Positions 19,863-28,375 of a stretch of 64,000 nucleotides of DNA are shown in pieces. Every line of letters starts with the position of its first letter. The stretch's first letter is position 1. The stretch covers positions 910,404 to 974,403 of the forward strand of contig OY969800.1 in assembly GCA_963703215.1 (NCBI GenBank), read 5' to 3'. The notes below the pieces were generated by a model. That model did no database searches. It saw nothing but the letters and a program-made list of their open reading frames with translations, and was not told the DNA's origin. The DNA comes from an uncultured Bacteroidota bacterium (GTDB lineage Bacteria > Bacteroidota > Ignavibacteria > Kryptoniales > JAKASW01). The position numbers and the translations under genes were made by a program.

Positions 19863-20217
19863 CCAATTTGTTTTTACTGATTGCAACCTGGTCCAGCGTT
19901 TGGCTGCTGTAGACAAGACCAAGACTCTGAGAAGCGATCTTTGTAATCCTTTCAGCGCTGGATAATTTTTTCAGTTCCGCTTGCAGCGAGTCGTTGCTGA
20001 ATTCCAATTCCTTGTACTTCGAATCAAGAATACTTAAATCGCTGACCAGCCTGTCCACTGTAACACTGTTGTTGACGATGATCAAAAGCACGGATACAAT
20101 CCCTGCGAGAATGACGATGAACTTGGAAATAGAAGGTGATGGAATTCTCTTCTGCATCGGTCCGGATTTGTCAGCAGCTTTATATTTATCATTCTCGCGA
20201 GTTATTTCTTCACTCAT
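19822..20217 (-). CDS. ftsL: cell division protein FtsL-like
   Basis: 131 aa with a single TM (FIVILAGIVSVLLIIV) followed by a coiled coil. It occupies the canonical position between rsmH and ftsI. Confidence 0.7.
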   Translation of the reverse strand: MSEEITRENDKYKAADKSGPMQKRIPSPSISKFIVILAGIVSVLLIIVNNSVTVDRLVSDLSILDSKYKELEFSNDSLQAELKKLSSAERITKIASQSLGLVYSSQTLDQVAISKNKLDDAEQRDARDTTK

Positions 20218-21131
20218 ACAATCTTTTCAATGACTCTCATTTTTGCGCTTCGAGCTCTGCGATTACGACGGATCTCGTCGTGCTCGGGCAAAATCGGCTT
20301 ACGTGTGAGATTCCTGGCACGGGCGATCTTCCCGCAGGTGCAAATGATGGCTTGCGGTGGACAAACACATGTCGCCGCTTCATATTTAAACTTTTCCTTG
20401 ACAATTCTATCCTCCAGGGAGTGATAAGAAATCGCAACAATTCTTCCGCCGCGTTTGGTCAGATCGACAGCGGCATCCAGCCCTTTGGCGAGAGAGTCGA
20501 GTTCTTGATTTACTTCGATGCGAACAGCTTGAAATATTCTGGACAAGGTACTTGGGGATTTTCCGCTCACTGCACCAATTATCTCGGCAAGTTGAGAGGT
20601 GCTTTCAATTCTGTTCCTCTTCCTTTTGTTCACGATTGCTTTTGCTAAAGTCCGTGAACGAGGTTCCTCGCCATATTTGCTGAACATCTCAACAAGTCCA
20701 TCCAAATCGTACGAGTTTATTACCTCAGAGGCTGAAATCTTCAGTCTACTATCCAGCCGCATATCGAGTCTTTCGTCTCTTCTGTAGCTGAACCCCGGCT
20801 CGCTGTCGATTTGATAAGACGAAACGCCTAGGTCGAACAAAAATCCATCGGCAGACTTCACATCTTTGCTTTCAAAGACATTTTTGATTTGAGAAAAATT
20901 TTCCCCGACAAAAGACAGCCTACCATCTGAGGATATAAGATCATCCGCAATTCGACTTGCATTTTCGTCGACATCGAACGCGATTACTCTTGCATCGGAA
21001 TTCAGTCGCGAAAGAATCTCACGCGTGTGTCCTCCTCCTCCGAATGTTGCGTCAGCATATGTTCCGCTCAAATTGGTAACCAAGAACTCCAAGCTCTCCT
21101 TCAATAATACCGATTCATGAAATGGGACCAT
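20214..21131 (-). CDS. rsmH: 16S rRNA (cytosine1402-N4)-methyltransferase RsmH
   Basis: HESVLLKE...YADATFGGGGHT, DLGVSSYQ and SYHSLEDRIVK motifs. Confidence 0.95.
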   Translation of the reverse strand: MVPFHESVLLKESLEFLVTNLSGTYADATFGGGGHTREILSRLNSDARVIAFDVDENASRIADDLISSDGRLSFVGENFSQIKNVFESKDVKSADGFLFDLGVSSYQIDSEPGFSYRRDERLDMRLDSRLKISASEVINSYDLDGLVEMFSKYGEEPRSRTLAKAIVNKRKRNRIESTSQLAEIIGAVSGKSPSTLSRIFQAVRIEVNQELDSLAKGLDAAVDLTKRGGRIVAISYHSLEDRIVKEKFKYEAATCVCPPQAIICTCGKIARARNLTRKPILPEHDEIRRNRRARSAKMRVIEKIV

Positions 21132-21133
21132 CG

Positions 21134-21592
21134 TTACTTGTCAAGGTTCACAGCCATGATTTGCTCCACTACTGTCGCATAATTTTCCGGTTGGGAGTTG
21201 AGATACTCATTGAATGCTTTCGGATTCCATAGTTCAATTCGCTCCAGAGCACCGATGATAACAACTTCTTTTTCTATCTCAGCAAATTCGAGTAAGTTCT
21301 TGGGGATTGTAATTCGCGATTGCGCGTCTAAAGGAAATTCTTCGGATGCCCACATAAGGAGGGTTCTTGTAAAGAATCTATGCTTCTCCTGGAATTGATT
21401 TAATGAGCGAAGCCTAACCTCTAGCCGCTCCCACTCATCAAGAGGATAGACGTAGAGACATTTTTCGACCCCTCTTGTCACGACAAACGAATCATGAGAT
21501 TCAACCGAAAGGCTTTTTCGCAACTTTGCAGGGATGCTGAGCCTTCCCTTGGAGTCTAATACGTACTCGTACCGTCCTTTAAATGACGACAT
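21134..21592 (-). CDS. mraZ: transcriptional regulator MraZ
   Basis: Two SpoVT/AbrB-like halves (MSSFKGRYEYVLDSKGRLSIPAKLR; ...LDAQSRITIPKNL). The start is taken at the ATG 21592 that matches MraZ N-termini. The upstream part of the track ORF overlaps the operator repeats. Confidence 0.93.
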   Translation of the reverse strand: MSSFKGRYEYVLDSKGRLSIPAKLRKSLSVESHDSFVVTRGVEKCLYVYPLDEWERLEVRLRSLNQFQEKHRFFTRTLLMWASEEFPLDAQSRITIPKNLLEFAEIEKEVVIIGALERIELWNPKAFNEYLNSQPENYATVVEQIMAVNLDK

Positions 21593-21595
21593 CTT

Positions 21596-21620
21596 TCTCC
21601 ATTCTTCCACATCTCCCCAC
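21596..21620 (-). promoter_or_regulatory. candidate MraZ operator, proximal set of 10-bp-phased GTGGG-type direct repeats
   Basis: The minus strand reads GTGGGgagatGTGGAagaatGGAGA, directly upstream of the mraZ ATG. Confidence 0.5.
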
Positions 21621-21668
21621 TTCTGTGAGGGCAAGTTTTTAGTAAACAGGGGAAAAGGTATATCATTC

Positions 21669-21683
21669 TCCACTTTTCCCCAC
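21669..21683 (-). promoter_or_regulatory. candidate MraZ operator, distal pair of GTGGG-type direct repeats
   Basis: The minus strand reads GTGGGgaaaaGTGGA, about 10 nt downstream of the putative -10 element. Confidence 0.5.
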
Positions 21684-21692
21684 TACGTTGGA

Positions 21693-21720
21693 AATTTAAC
21701 CAATTCGCTCCAAAAGTCAA
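21693..21720 (-). promoter_or_regulatory. putative sigma-70-type promoter of the mraZ/dcw operon
   Basis: Minus strand TTGACT (21720..21715), 16-nt spacer, TAAATT (21698..21693). Confidence 0.45.
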
Positions 21721-21849
21721 GTGGTTTTTTGTCACTTTTTCTTACAGGACAGAAACGGTCAGAAATTCAAAAAATCAGGGGTGTTTTGTGCGCCAAATGC
21801 CGTTATAATTTTACTACTAAACAAAACAAACAAAAATTTAGTAGACTTC

Positions 21850-21878
21850 TTGACCTCTAAACTTGTGTTTTGTAATTT
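21850..21878 (+). promoter_or_regulatory. putative sigma-70-type promoter of the LexA-like gene
   Basis: TTGACC (21850-21855), 17-nt spacer, TAATTT (21873-21878), preceded by TG. The ATG at 21887 lies only ~9 nt after the -10 element, implying a leaderless or near-leaderless mRNA. Confidence 0.45.
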
Positions 21879-21886
21879 ACATCAAG

Positions 21887-22513
21887 ATGGCAAGAGGTTT
21901 AACGAAAAGGCAAGGTGAGGCACTAGAATTCATTCGTCGTTTTATCAAGGAGCATTCTAAACCGCCCACATTCCGTGAGCTTGGCGAGCAAATGGGAATC
22001 AATTCCACGCGAGCCGTCAGCGATTTGCTGAAAGCCCTCGAACGAAAAGGCTATATAGAACGAGAAGCTGGCCGTTCACGCGGAATAAATCTTCCCAGAA
22101 ACGAGGCAACAAATCCAGACCTTCCCCCCTCTGTTCGAACAATCCCCGTTGTTTCAAGGATCGAATCGCGCGAAATAATTTTTTCAAACATCGTCGACGT
22201 GCTTCACTTCGACGCGAAACTCCTTCCAGAAGGCGAGCTCTTCGCTGTCAAGGTGTCAGACGATGCGATGAACTTTGTCGGCCTGTTTAAAGGTGATTAT
22301 GTGATATGCCGGCGTGTACCACTACCAGATCAAAACTCGCTCGTGCTCGGCAGCGCATCCGGAGTTTTGATCGTGAGATTTTTTGAATTAATGAATGGGA
22401 AAATAAATCTAAAACCCTCAAACAAATCTTACCAGATGTTGACCTTCTCCCCCGACGACAGGCAATTTTTTGTGGCGGGAGAAGTGGTGCTGACGTTCAG
22501 GAAAACGAAATGA
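21887..22513 (+). CDS. LexA-like repressor (winged-helix N-domain + S24-like C-domain with substituted self-cleavage residues)
   Basis: The N-terminus MARGLTKRQGEALEFIRRFIKEHSKPPTFRELGEQMG...LKALERKGYIERE aligns with LexA. The C-domain is alignable, but the Ala-Gly site, Ser nucleophile and Lys base positions read S-R, A and R. Confidence 0.8.
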   Translation: MARGLTKRQGEALEFIRRFIKEHSKPPTFRELGEQMGINSTRAVSDLLKALERKGYIEREAGRSRGINLPRNEATNPDLPPSVRTIPVVSRIESREIIFSNIVDVLHFDAKLLPEGELFAVKVSDDAMNFVGLFKGDYVICRRVPLPDQNSLVLGSASGVLIVRFFELMNGKINLKPSNKSYQMLTFSPDDRQFFVAGEVVLTFRKTK

Positions 22514-22517
22514 AGCT

Positions 22518-22552
22518 CAGGCCCAACAGATTTCTGAACCTGTTGGGCCCTG
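22518..22552. terminator. hairpin between the convergent LexA-like gene and acs (possible bidirectional terminator)
   Basis: Perfect 10-bp stem GGCCCAACAG/CTGTTGGGCC (22520-22529 / 22540-22549) with a 10-nt loop. There is no clear U-tract on either side. Confidence 0.45.
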
Positions 22553-22557
22553 CCAGT

Positions 22558-24474
22558 TTAATCCTCTAACGTACTCAAGTCCCCTTCCGGCATTCCCAGC
22601 GCCCGCGCCTTCAGGACACGCCGCATGATTTTTCCGCTACGCGTTTTTGGAAGTGAATTCATGAAGTTTATTTTTTCAGGTTTCGCAATCGGTCCCATTT
22701 CGTGCCCGACATGCTGTCTTAATTCTTCGGCCAAAGTTTCATTCCCTTCGAATCCAGCTTTCAACATTACATAAGCATGAATTGCAATCCCTTTTATTTC
22801 GTGCGGCAAACCGATGACCGCCGCTTCAGCTACTGCATGATGGCTCACTAAAGCTGATTCAAGCTCGGCGGTGCCAAGTCTGTACCCGCTGACTTTTATT
22901 ACGTCGTCAACTCTTCCGATTATCCAAAAATAGCCGTCCTCATCCTTTCTCGCGGAGTCGCCCACAAAATAGTACCCTGGATAACGGCTCCAATAAGTAC
23001 TCACGTAACGATCTGGATCTTTATAAATTGTCCGAAGCATTGACGGCCAGGGCCGTTTGAGAATTAGGAAGCCTTCCTCCCCAGGCTTCACTGATTTCCC
23101 TGCTTCATTAACGACATCCGCTTGCACTCCAAAATAGGGTTTTGTTCCAGAGCCCGGTTTCAGCGGTGTAGTAGGAAGTGGACTTATCATGAACGCGCCG
23201 GTCTCCGTCTGCCACCATGTATCCATGATAGGGCATTTCTCTTTTCCGATGACTCTATGGTACCACCGCCAAGCTTCTGGATTTATCGGTTCGCCAACGC
23301 TTCCGAGTAATCGCAAAGTAGAAAGATCATGACGGTTTGGCCATGCCTCACCGTAGCGCATCAGTCCACGAATTGCAGTGGGCGTGGAATAGAGAACAGT
23401 AATTCCGTACTTCTCTATCATTGTCCACCACCTATCGGGATAGGGGTAAGTCGGCGCTCCTTCGTACATGAACGAAGTCGCACCTGCAACAAGCGGAGCA
23501 TAAACAATATAGGAATGTCCGGTCACCCAACCTGGATCTGCGGTGCACCACCATCTGTCCTCTTCTTTTAGGTCGAAGACGTTTTTCAAAGTCGCATAGG
23601 TACCAACCATATATCCACCATGAGTATGAAGAATCGCTTTGGGTTTTCCCGTCGTTCCAGAAGTATACAAAATGTAGAGTGGATCCTCGGCATCCATTTC
23701 TTCCGTCGGACACCTTCCACCATTCCGGGTCAGAGGCAAATTCATTAATTCATGGTACCAATAATCGCGTCCTGCTTCCATTAACACATCTTTGCCGGTA
23801 TGTTTCACGACAATGACTATCTCGGGTGCTGCGGTGCGTTTTAACGCTTCATCCACGATTTTTTTTAGTTCGACGGTCTTACCGTTCATTTGTCCGCCAT
23901 CGGCGGTCACGATAACCTTTGATTCGCTGTCCTCGATCCTTCCGTGGAGAGCCTCAACGGAAAACCCTCCGTATACGACAGAATGTATTGCACCGATCTT
24001 CGCCGTCGCAAGCATCGCGATCACCGTTTCCGGAATGCGAGGCATATAGATAGTCACCCTGTCTCCTTTCCTCACCCCCATGCTTTTCAGAACAGTTGCA
24101 AACCTGCAGACTTCTCTATCTAGTGCGTGATAGGAAAATGTCCGGAGTTCGCCGTTTTCACCTTCCCAGATCAACGCAAGTTTATTTCGCCGCCACGTCC
24201 TGACGTGACGATCAAGAGCATTGAGGACAATATTTGTTTTCCCGCCGACAAACCATTTATAAAAAGGCTTGTTCGATTCGTCAAGGACTTTGTCCCATTT
24301 CTTGAACCACTCAAGCTCACTGGCCCGACGGGCCCAGAAGCCTTCGAGATCCTTTTCCGCCTCCTCGTAAACTTTGTCGGGATTCTGAACAGTAGCTTGT
24401 GCCACCACCTCCGGTGTCGGTAGGAAAACCTCGCCTGAAAGTTTCTTCTTGTCACCAGTACCTTTGTCCGCCAT
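22558..24474 (-). CDS. acs: acetyl-CoA synthetase (AMP-forming)
   Basis: 638 aa with AMP-binding motifs YTSGTTGKPKA, GWVTGHSY, YWSRYPGYYFVGD and the C-terminal SGKIMRR. Confidence 0.95.
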   Translation of the reverse strand: MADKGTGDKKKLSGEVFLPTPEVVAQATVQNPDKVYEEAEKDLEGFWARRASELEWFKKWDKVLDESNKPFYKWFVGGKTNIVLNALDRHVRTWRRNKLALIWEGENGELRTFSYHALDREVCRFATVLKSMGVRKGDRVTIYMPRIPETVIAMLATAKIGAIHSVVYGGFSVEALHGRIEDSESKVIVTADGGQMNGKTVELKKIVDEALKRTAAPEIVIVVKHTGKDVLMEAGRDYWYHELMNLPLTRNGGRCPTEEMDAEDPLYILYTSGTTGKPKAILHTHGGYMVGTYATLKNVFDLKEEDRWWCTADPGWVTGHSYIVYAPLVAGATSFMYEGAPTYPYPDRWWTMIEKYGITVLYSTPTAIRGLMRYGEAWPNRHDLSTLRLLGSVGEPINPEAWRWYHRVIGKEKCPIMDTWWQTETGAFMISPLPTTPLKPGSGTKPYFGVQADVVNEAGKSVKPGEEGFLILKRPWPSMLRTIYKDPDRYVSTYWSRYPGYYFVGDSARKDEDGYFWIIGRVDDVIKVSGYRLGTAELESALVSHHAVAEAAVIGLPHEIKGIAIHAYVMLKAGFEGNETLAEELRQHVGHEMGPIAKPEKINFMNSLPKTRSGKIMRRVLKARALGMPEGDLSTLED

Positions 24475-24588
24475 CTTTGCATCTCCTATTTGAAATCTCT
24501 TTAACTGTAATTTGTGAATTTAAAAATATTTTTTACGCAAGTGCTCTCTTTGGCCGGTAAAGAATAGAAAGATGTTTTTGACAGTGTC

Positions 24589-25167
24589 CTATCGTGCGAT
24601 CGGCTTACCTAGAGAAATGACCGTGCGACCGAATGTTGAATTAACTACTTCAGCAAAAGAAACGAAAAGTGCGTCAAGACCAGTTAAGAGTCCGAGCCAT
24701 CCTCCAAGAGAACCGGTCCCAAATCCATAATCGCCGCCGGCCAGGAGAAAGAACGTAATCCATAACAAGAGGAAAATGCTCCAGACTCCTTTGTTGCTCT
24801 TGAACGTTGCAATCCACATATAGAAAGTGAAAATTCCCCACATCAAAAGCGTCGTTGCAACACCCGACGCTGCCGGTGGGGCTATCAGCTTCGCTCCGAC
24901 AGTCCAATTCAAAAACGCAAACCACCACCAAAAGAGTCCGTAGGAAGTGAACGCCACGGTGCCAAAGGTGTTGCCATTCTTGAATTCTAGGATGCCCGCT
25001 ATAATCTGTGCCGTTCCACCATACGCGAACGCAAGAGGAACCACCGCGGGCACTGCTTCTTTCGGAAGCAAGCCAGCGTTGATTGCACTTAGCACTACTG
25101 TAGTTAAACCGAATCCCGCAAGTCCCAAAGGACCCGGATTTGCCGATTTTGTTTCACCATTTGCCAT
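24589..25167 (-). CDS. satP: GPR1/FUN34/YaaH-family acetate/succinate channel (SatP-like)
   Basis: 192 aa, six TM helices, with the family signature NPGPLGLAGFGLTT near the N-terminus. It lies immediately upstream of acs. Confidence 0.88.
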   Translation of the reverse strand: MANGETKSANPGPLGLAGFGLTTVVLSAINAGLLPKEAVPAVVPLAFAYGGTAQIIAGILEFKNGNTFGTVAFTSYGLFWWWFAFLNWTVGAKLIAPPAASGVATTLLMWGIFTFYMWIATFKSNKGVWSIFLLLWITFFLLAGGDYGFGTGSLGGWLGLLTGLDALFVSFAEVVNSTFGRTVISLGKPIAR

Positions 25168-25765
25168 GGTCGCTCCTTCTTGAGATTTGTTTCATTACTT
25201 AGAATTTCGAAAATCTTGCCGTACCCCGATGTGTAATTGTGTTTGGAGGTTTATTTGTGTTTTCAATAAACACATAAAATACACTTTGATAACGAAAATG
25301 CTTATGAGAATCTCCGCCGCTCAAGACAAAAACTGATGACATATTTGAGACAAATTGGAATACTATTGGTATCTTATGAATTTGTTTCTTCTCAATCAAA
25401 TTGGATGAATCGTCAACTAAACCGCCACAATCTAATTAATACTCATAGGTTCGTCTGGTTCGCCAACAAACTCAAATCTCAGCCCTGGATTGAAAGCCTC
25501 ACCAAGCTCGACTTTCCATTGAACACAGGAACTACCTAAAACTCACAAAATATAACATCCTGCAGAAGTCAATAGTTTCCAACCCACCGGCTTGGGTTCA
25601 TGAGTCCATTAAGAGTATCAGCTGTAGAGTAATTAAACAAAGCCCGAAGCGCTCGGACAGAAAAAGCTTACAGCGACAGAATCGGACTTTCGTCTCTTTT
25701 TGTCCCAAGGCAAGATTTCGGTTAATGTACCGGTGCTCCTTTTAGCAGGTTTAGATGGAGCATGG

Positions 25766-25780
25766 TGGCACAATCGTTGA
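25766..25780 (+). promoter_or_regulatory. candidate sigma-54 (-24/-12) promoter of the hydrogenase operon
   Basis: TGGCACaatcgTTGA versus the consensus TGGCAC-N5-TTGCW: correct GG-to-G spacing, one mismatch (A for C at -12). It lies 31-45 nt upstream of the ATG at 25811. Confidence 0.45.
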
Positions 25781-25810
25781 ACGTTTTCCCAAACAAACCT
25801 TTGGCTGAAA

Positions 25811-26917
25811 ATGAATAAAACTCTCAAACTCAGCGCGCAAAACCTTCCTCAAATTTTCACCGCATTGGTAAACACAGGCTATACTATAATTGCTCCGGTT
25901 TATCGTGACGGCTCGATTGTCTATGACAATGTCCAATCCTCAGATGAATTGCCCATTGGCTGGAGTGACCAGCAGAGCCCAGCCACCTATCGGCTCTCAA
26001 AGGAAAACAAAGGAAGGTATTTCGGTTTTCATACCGCACCTCAGTCATGGAAAAGGTTTCTTTATCCTCCGCAAAGAAGTCTCTTCCGGGTCAAGAAGAA
26101 TGCAAAATCGATTGATCTTTTGGAAAGCGAGAATGGAAAACCCAGGTATGCATTTATCGGGGTACGGCCATGTGAATTAAAAGCAATTCTCATCCAGGAT
26201 CTCGTATTCAATTCGGAGGAGTACGGGGATGCCGATTATAGACTACGACGCAAGAATTTATTTATCATTGCAGTGAATTGTACAGACTCTGCTGAAAATT
26301 GTTTTTGTTCATCTTTGAAAACCGGACCGAGGGCAAAAGGGAATTTTGATATTGCCTTGACGGAGATCGCCAACAAGGGAGAACACTATTTTATTACCGA
26401 AGTCGGAAGCGAAATCGGTGACACGGTCATCAATCAGACCGATGTCTCTGAAGCCACGGAGCAAGAAATAAACGACGCGGCAAAACTTGTCCGACATACC
26501 GAAAACAAGATGAAGAAATCCGTCGACACTTCTGATCTGCCCAACACATTAGCGAACAACCTGGAGCACCAGCACTGGGACAACATAGCAAAGAGATGTT
26601 TGTCTTGCGGAAATTGCACGATGGTTTGTCCAACATGCTTTTGTTCGACAGTCGAAGACGTAACAGACCTTTCTGGCAATGAGTCGGCGAGAATGAGAGC
26701 GTGGGATTCCTGTTTCACGATGGACTTTTCCAAAGTAGCCGGCGGAAATTTCCGGATTACACCGAAGTCGCGCTATCGGCAATGGCTGACGCATAAATTT
26801 TCATCATGGATGGAGCAGTTCGGAGTCTTCGGATGCGTCGGATGCGGAAGGTGCATTACATGGTGTCCTGTCGGCATCGACATAACCGCAGAGATTAATT
26901 CTATAAGAGGGGCCTAG
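25811..26917 (+). CDS. 4Fe-4S cluster subunit of a group-3b-type [NiFe]-hydrogenase (HydB/HyhB, AsrA-like)
   Basis: 368 aa with Cys clusters CLSCGNCTMVCPTCFC and CVGCGRCITWCP. It is the first gene of a B-(x)-G-S-L operon. Confidence 0.8.
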   Translation: MNKTLKLSAQNLPQIFTALVNTGYTIIAPVYRDGSIVYDNVQSSDELPIGWSDQQSPATYRLSKENKGRYFGFHTAPQSWKRFLYPPQRSLFRVKKNAKSIDLLESENGKPRYAFIGVRPCELKAILIQDLVFNSEEYGDADYRLRRKNLFIIAVNCTDSAENCFCSSLKTGPRAKGNFDIALTEIANKGEHYFITEVGSEIGDTVINQTDVSEATEQEINDAAKLVRHTENKMKKSVDTSDLPNTLANNLEHQHWDNIAKRCLSCGNCTMVCPTCFCSTVEDVTDLSGNESARMRAWDSCFTMDFSKVAGGNFRITPKSRYRQWLTHKFSSWMEQFGVFGCVGCGRCITWCPVGIDITAEINSIRGA

Positions 26918-26950
26918 CAAAAGCCGTACTAACATGAAAAGAAAAAGAAG

Positions 26951-27463
26951 GTGGATATGGAACCGCAAGATCTAACTCAGTCATTGCACAAGCACCCGTT
27001 CTTAATCGACATGGACGAAAATCTTATCAAGACCCTGACATCATGCGCGTCAAACGTCGTCTTCCAGGAAGGAACTCAACTATTCCGCCAGTCTGAAGAT
27101 GCAAAGCTCTTTTTCCTCATTAGAAGCGGCAGAGTTGGACTTGAGCTTCAAGCCGGAGAAAGGGGAGCGATAAGAATTCAAACGGTTGGACCTGGCGAAG
27201 TGCTTGGGTGGTCTTGGATCATTTCTCCTTACACATGGCATTTTGATGCAGTTGCCCTCGAACAGGTTCATGCCTTCTCAATCGACGCGAGCTGCTTGAG
27301 ATCTAAGTGCGAAACAGATAACCACTTCGGCTATGAGATGCTCCGAAGATTTTCTACGGTATTGGAACGGCGCCTCGAAGCGACACGCCTGCAATTGCTT
27401 GACATGTACGGAGTTTATGTGCGCGATGGCGGAAAGAAGATAAGTAGTGAGACTAAGAAGTAA
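26951..27463 (+). CDS. cyclic-nucleotide-binding-domain protein (no DNA-binding domain) encoded inside the hydrogenase operon
   Basis: ~170 aa cNMP-binding beta-barrel fold (FQEGTQLFRQSEDAKLFFLIRSGRV...GPGEVLGWSWII...) plus a C-terminal helix. GTG start at 26951, with an alternative ATG at 26957. Confidence 0.75.
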   Translation: MDMEPQDLTQSLHKHPFLIDMDENLIKTLTSCASNVVFQEGTQLFRQSEDAKLFFLIRSGRVGLELQAGERGAIRIQTVGPGEVLGWSWIISPYTWHFDAVALEQVHAFSIDASCLRSKCETDNHFGYEMLRRFSTVLERRLEATRLQLLDMYGVYVRDGGKKISSETKK

Positions 27464-27471
27464 ATGACTGA

Positions 27472-28374
27472 ATGGAGCAAATCCAAATGAGCTCAGGCAA
27501 TACCGAACCTTTGGCCACAATTGAGGACACTTCGGCTTCAATCGGGGCGGGACCGATGATTCCGTCGTTCGCAGAAATACGACGGGTTATTTGGGAAACC
27601 GACGATACGTTCACCCTTCTCCTTGACCCTCCTTCAAACAACGGCAAAGGGTTTTCATTTGCTCCGGGTCAGTTCAACATGGTTTACTCTTTCGGAATTG
27701 GAGAATCTGCCATTTCCATAAGCTCTGATCCTGCAAAACCAAACATACTGGCACATACGATTCATCGCGTGGGAATAGTTACGTCCGCTCTTTCCAAAGT
27801 AAAGCGAGGAGACTTAATCGGAATTCGCGGCCCTTACGGGCGAGGCTGGCCGATGGAAGACGCCGTTGGAAAGGATGTGTGCATTGCAACTGGCGGAATC
27901 GGACTCGCTCCATTGAGACCGGTTATTTACTCACTCATCAGAAGAAGAGATGATTTTGGAAGAATAATAATCCTGTACGGTGCGAGAAGCCCGCTGGATT
28001 TATTATACCGGGTTGAGCTTGAACAATGGAGTAAGCTTCCAAATACAGATGTAATCATAACCGTGGACCGAGGCGATTGGACATGGAAAGGACATATCGG
28101 TGTCGTCACAAATTTGTTCTCATATATTAAGATGGATTCCAGAGAAACGGTTGCAATGGTGTGCGGTCCTGAAGTAATGATGAAATTTACAGTTGAAGAA
28201 TTGCAACGCCGCGGACTAGCCCCGGAACAAATTTACATTTCAATGGAAAGAAACATGAAATGCGGAGTCGGTCTATGCGGGCATTGCCAATTTGGACCAA
28301 AGTTCATCTGCAAAGACGGCCCCGTATTTAAGTTGCCCGAAGTATATCATTTACTCGAGAAAAAGGAAATATAA
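27472..28374 (+). CDS. FAD/NAD(P)-binding 2Fe-2S subunit of group-3b-type hydrogenase (HydG/HyhG, AsrB-like)
   Basis: Ferredoxin-reductase-type fold ([33 protein letters not shown]) with the C-terminal cluster motif [10 protein letters not shown]. Confidence 0.85.
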   Translation: MEQIQMSSGNTEPLATIEDTSASIGAGPMIPSFAEIRRVIWETDDTFTLLLDPPSNNGKGFSFAPGQFNMVYSFGIGESAISISSDPAKPNILAHTIHRVGIVTSALSKVKRGDLIGIRGPYGRGWPMEDAVGKDVCIATGGIGLAPLRPVIYSLIRRRDDFGRIIILYGARSPLDLLYRVELEQWSKLPNTDVIITVDRGDWTWKGHIGVVTNLFSYIKMDSRETVAMVCGPEVMMKFTVEELQRRGLAPEQIYISMERNMKCGVGLCGHCQFGPKFICKDGPVFKLPEVYHLLEKKEI

Positions 28375-28375
28375 T

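Noticed and set aside
21818-21836. A/C-rich tract aaacaaaacaaacaaaaa in the mraZ / LexA-like intergenic region
   Set aside because: A simple low-complexity run with irregular unit length. It is not a tandem repeat array or a recognisable binding-site pattern.
25199-25810. Short ORFs (61-67 aa, both strands) in the satP-hydrogenase intergenic region
   Set aside because: The translations have no start context, motifs or plausible composition. The region is better explained as a shared regulatory region containing a palindrome and a sigma-54-like element.
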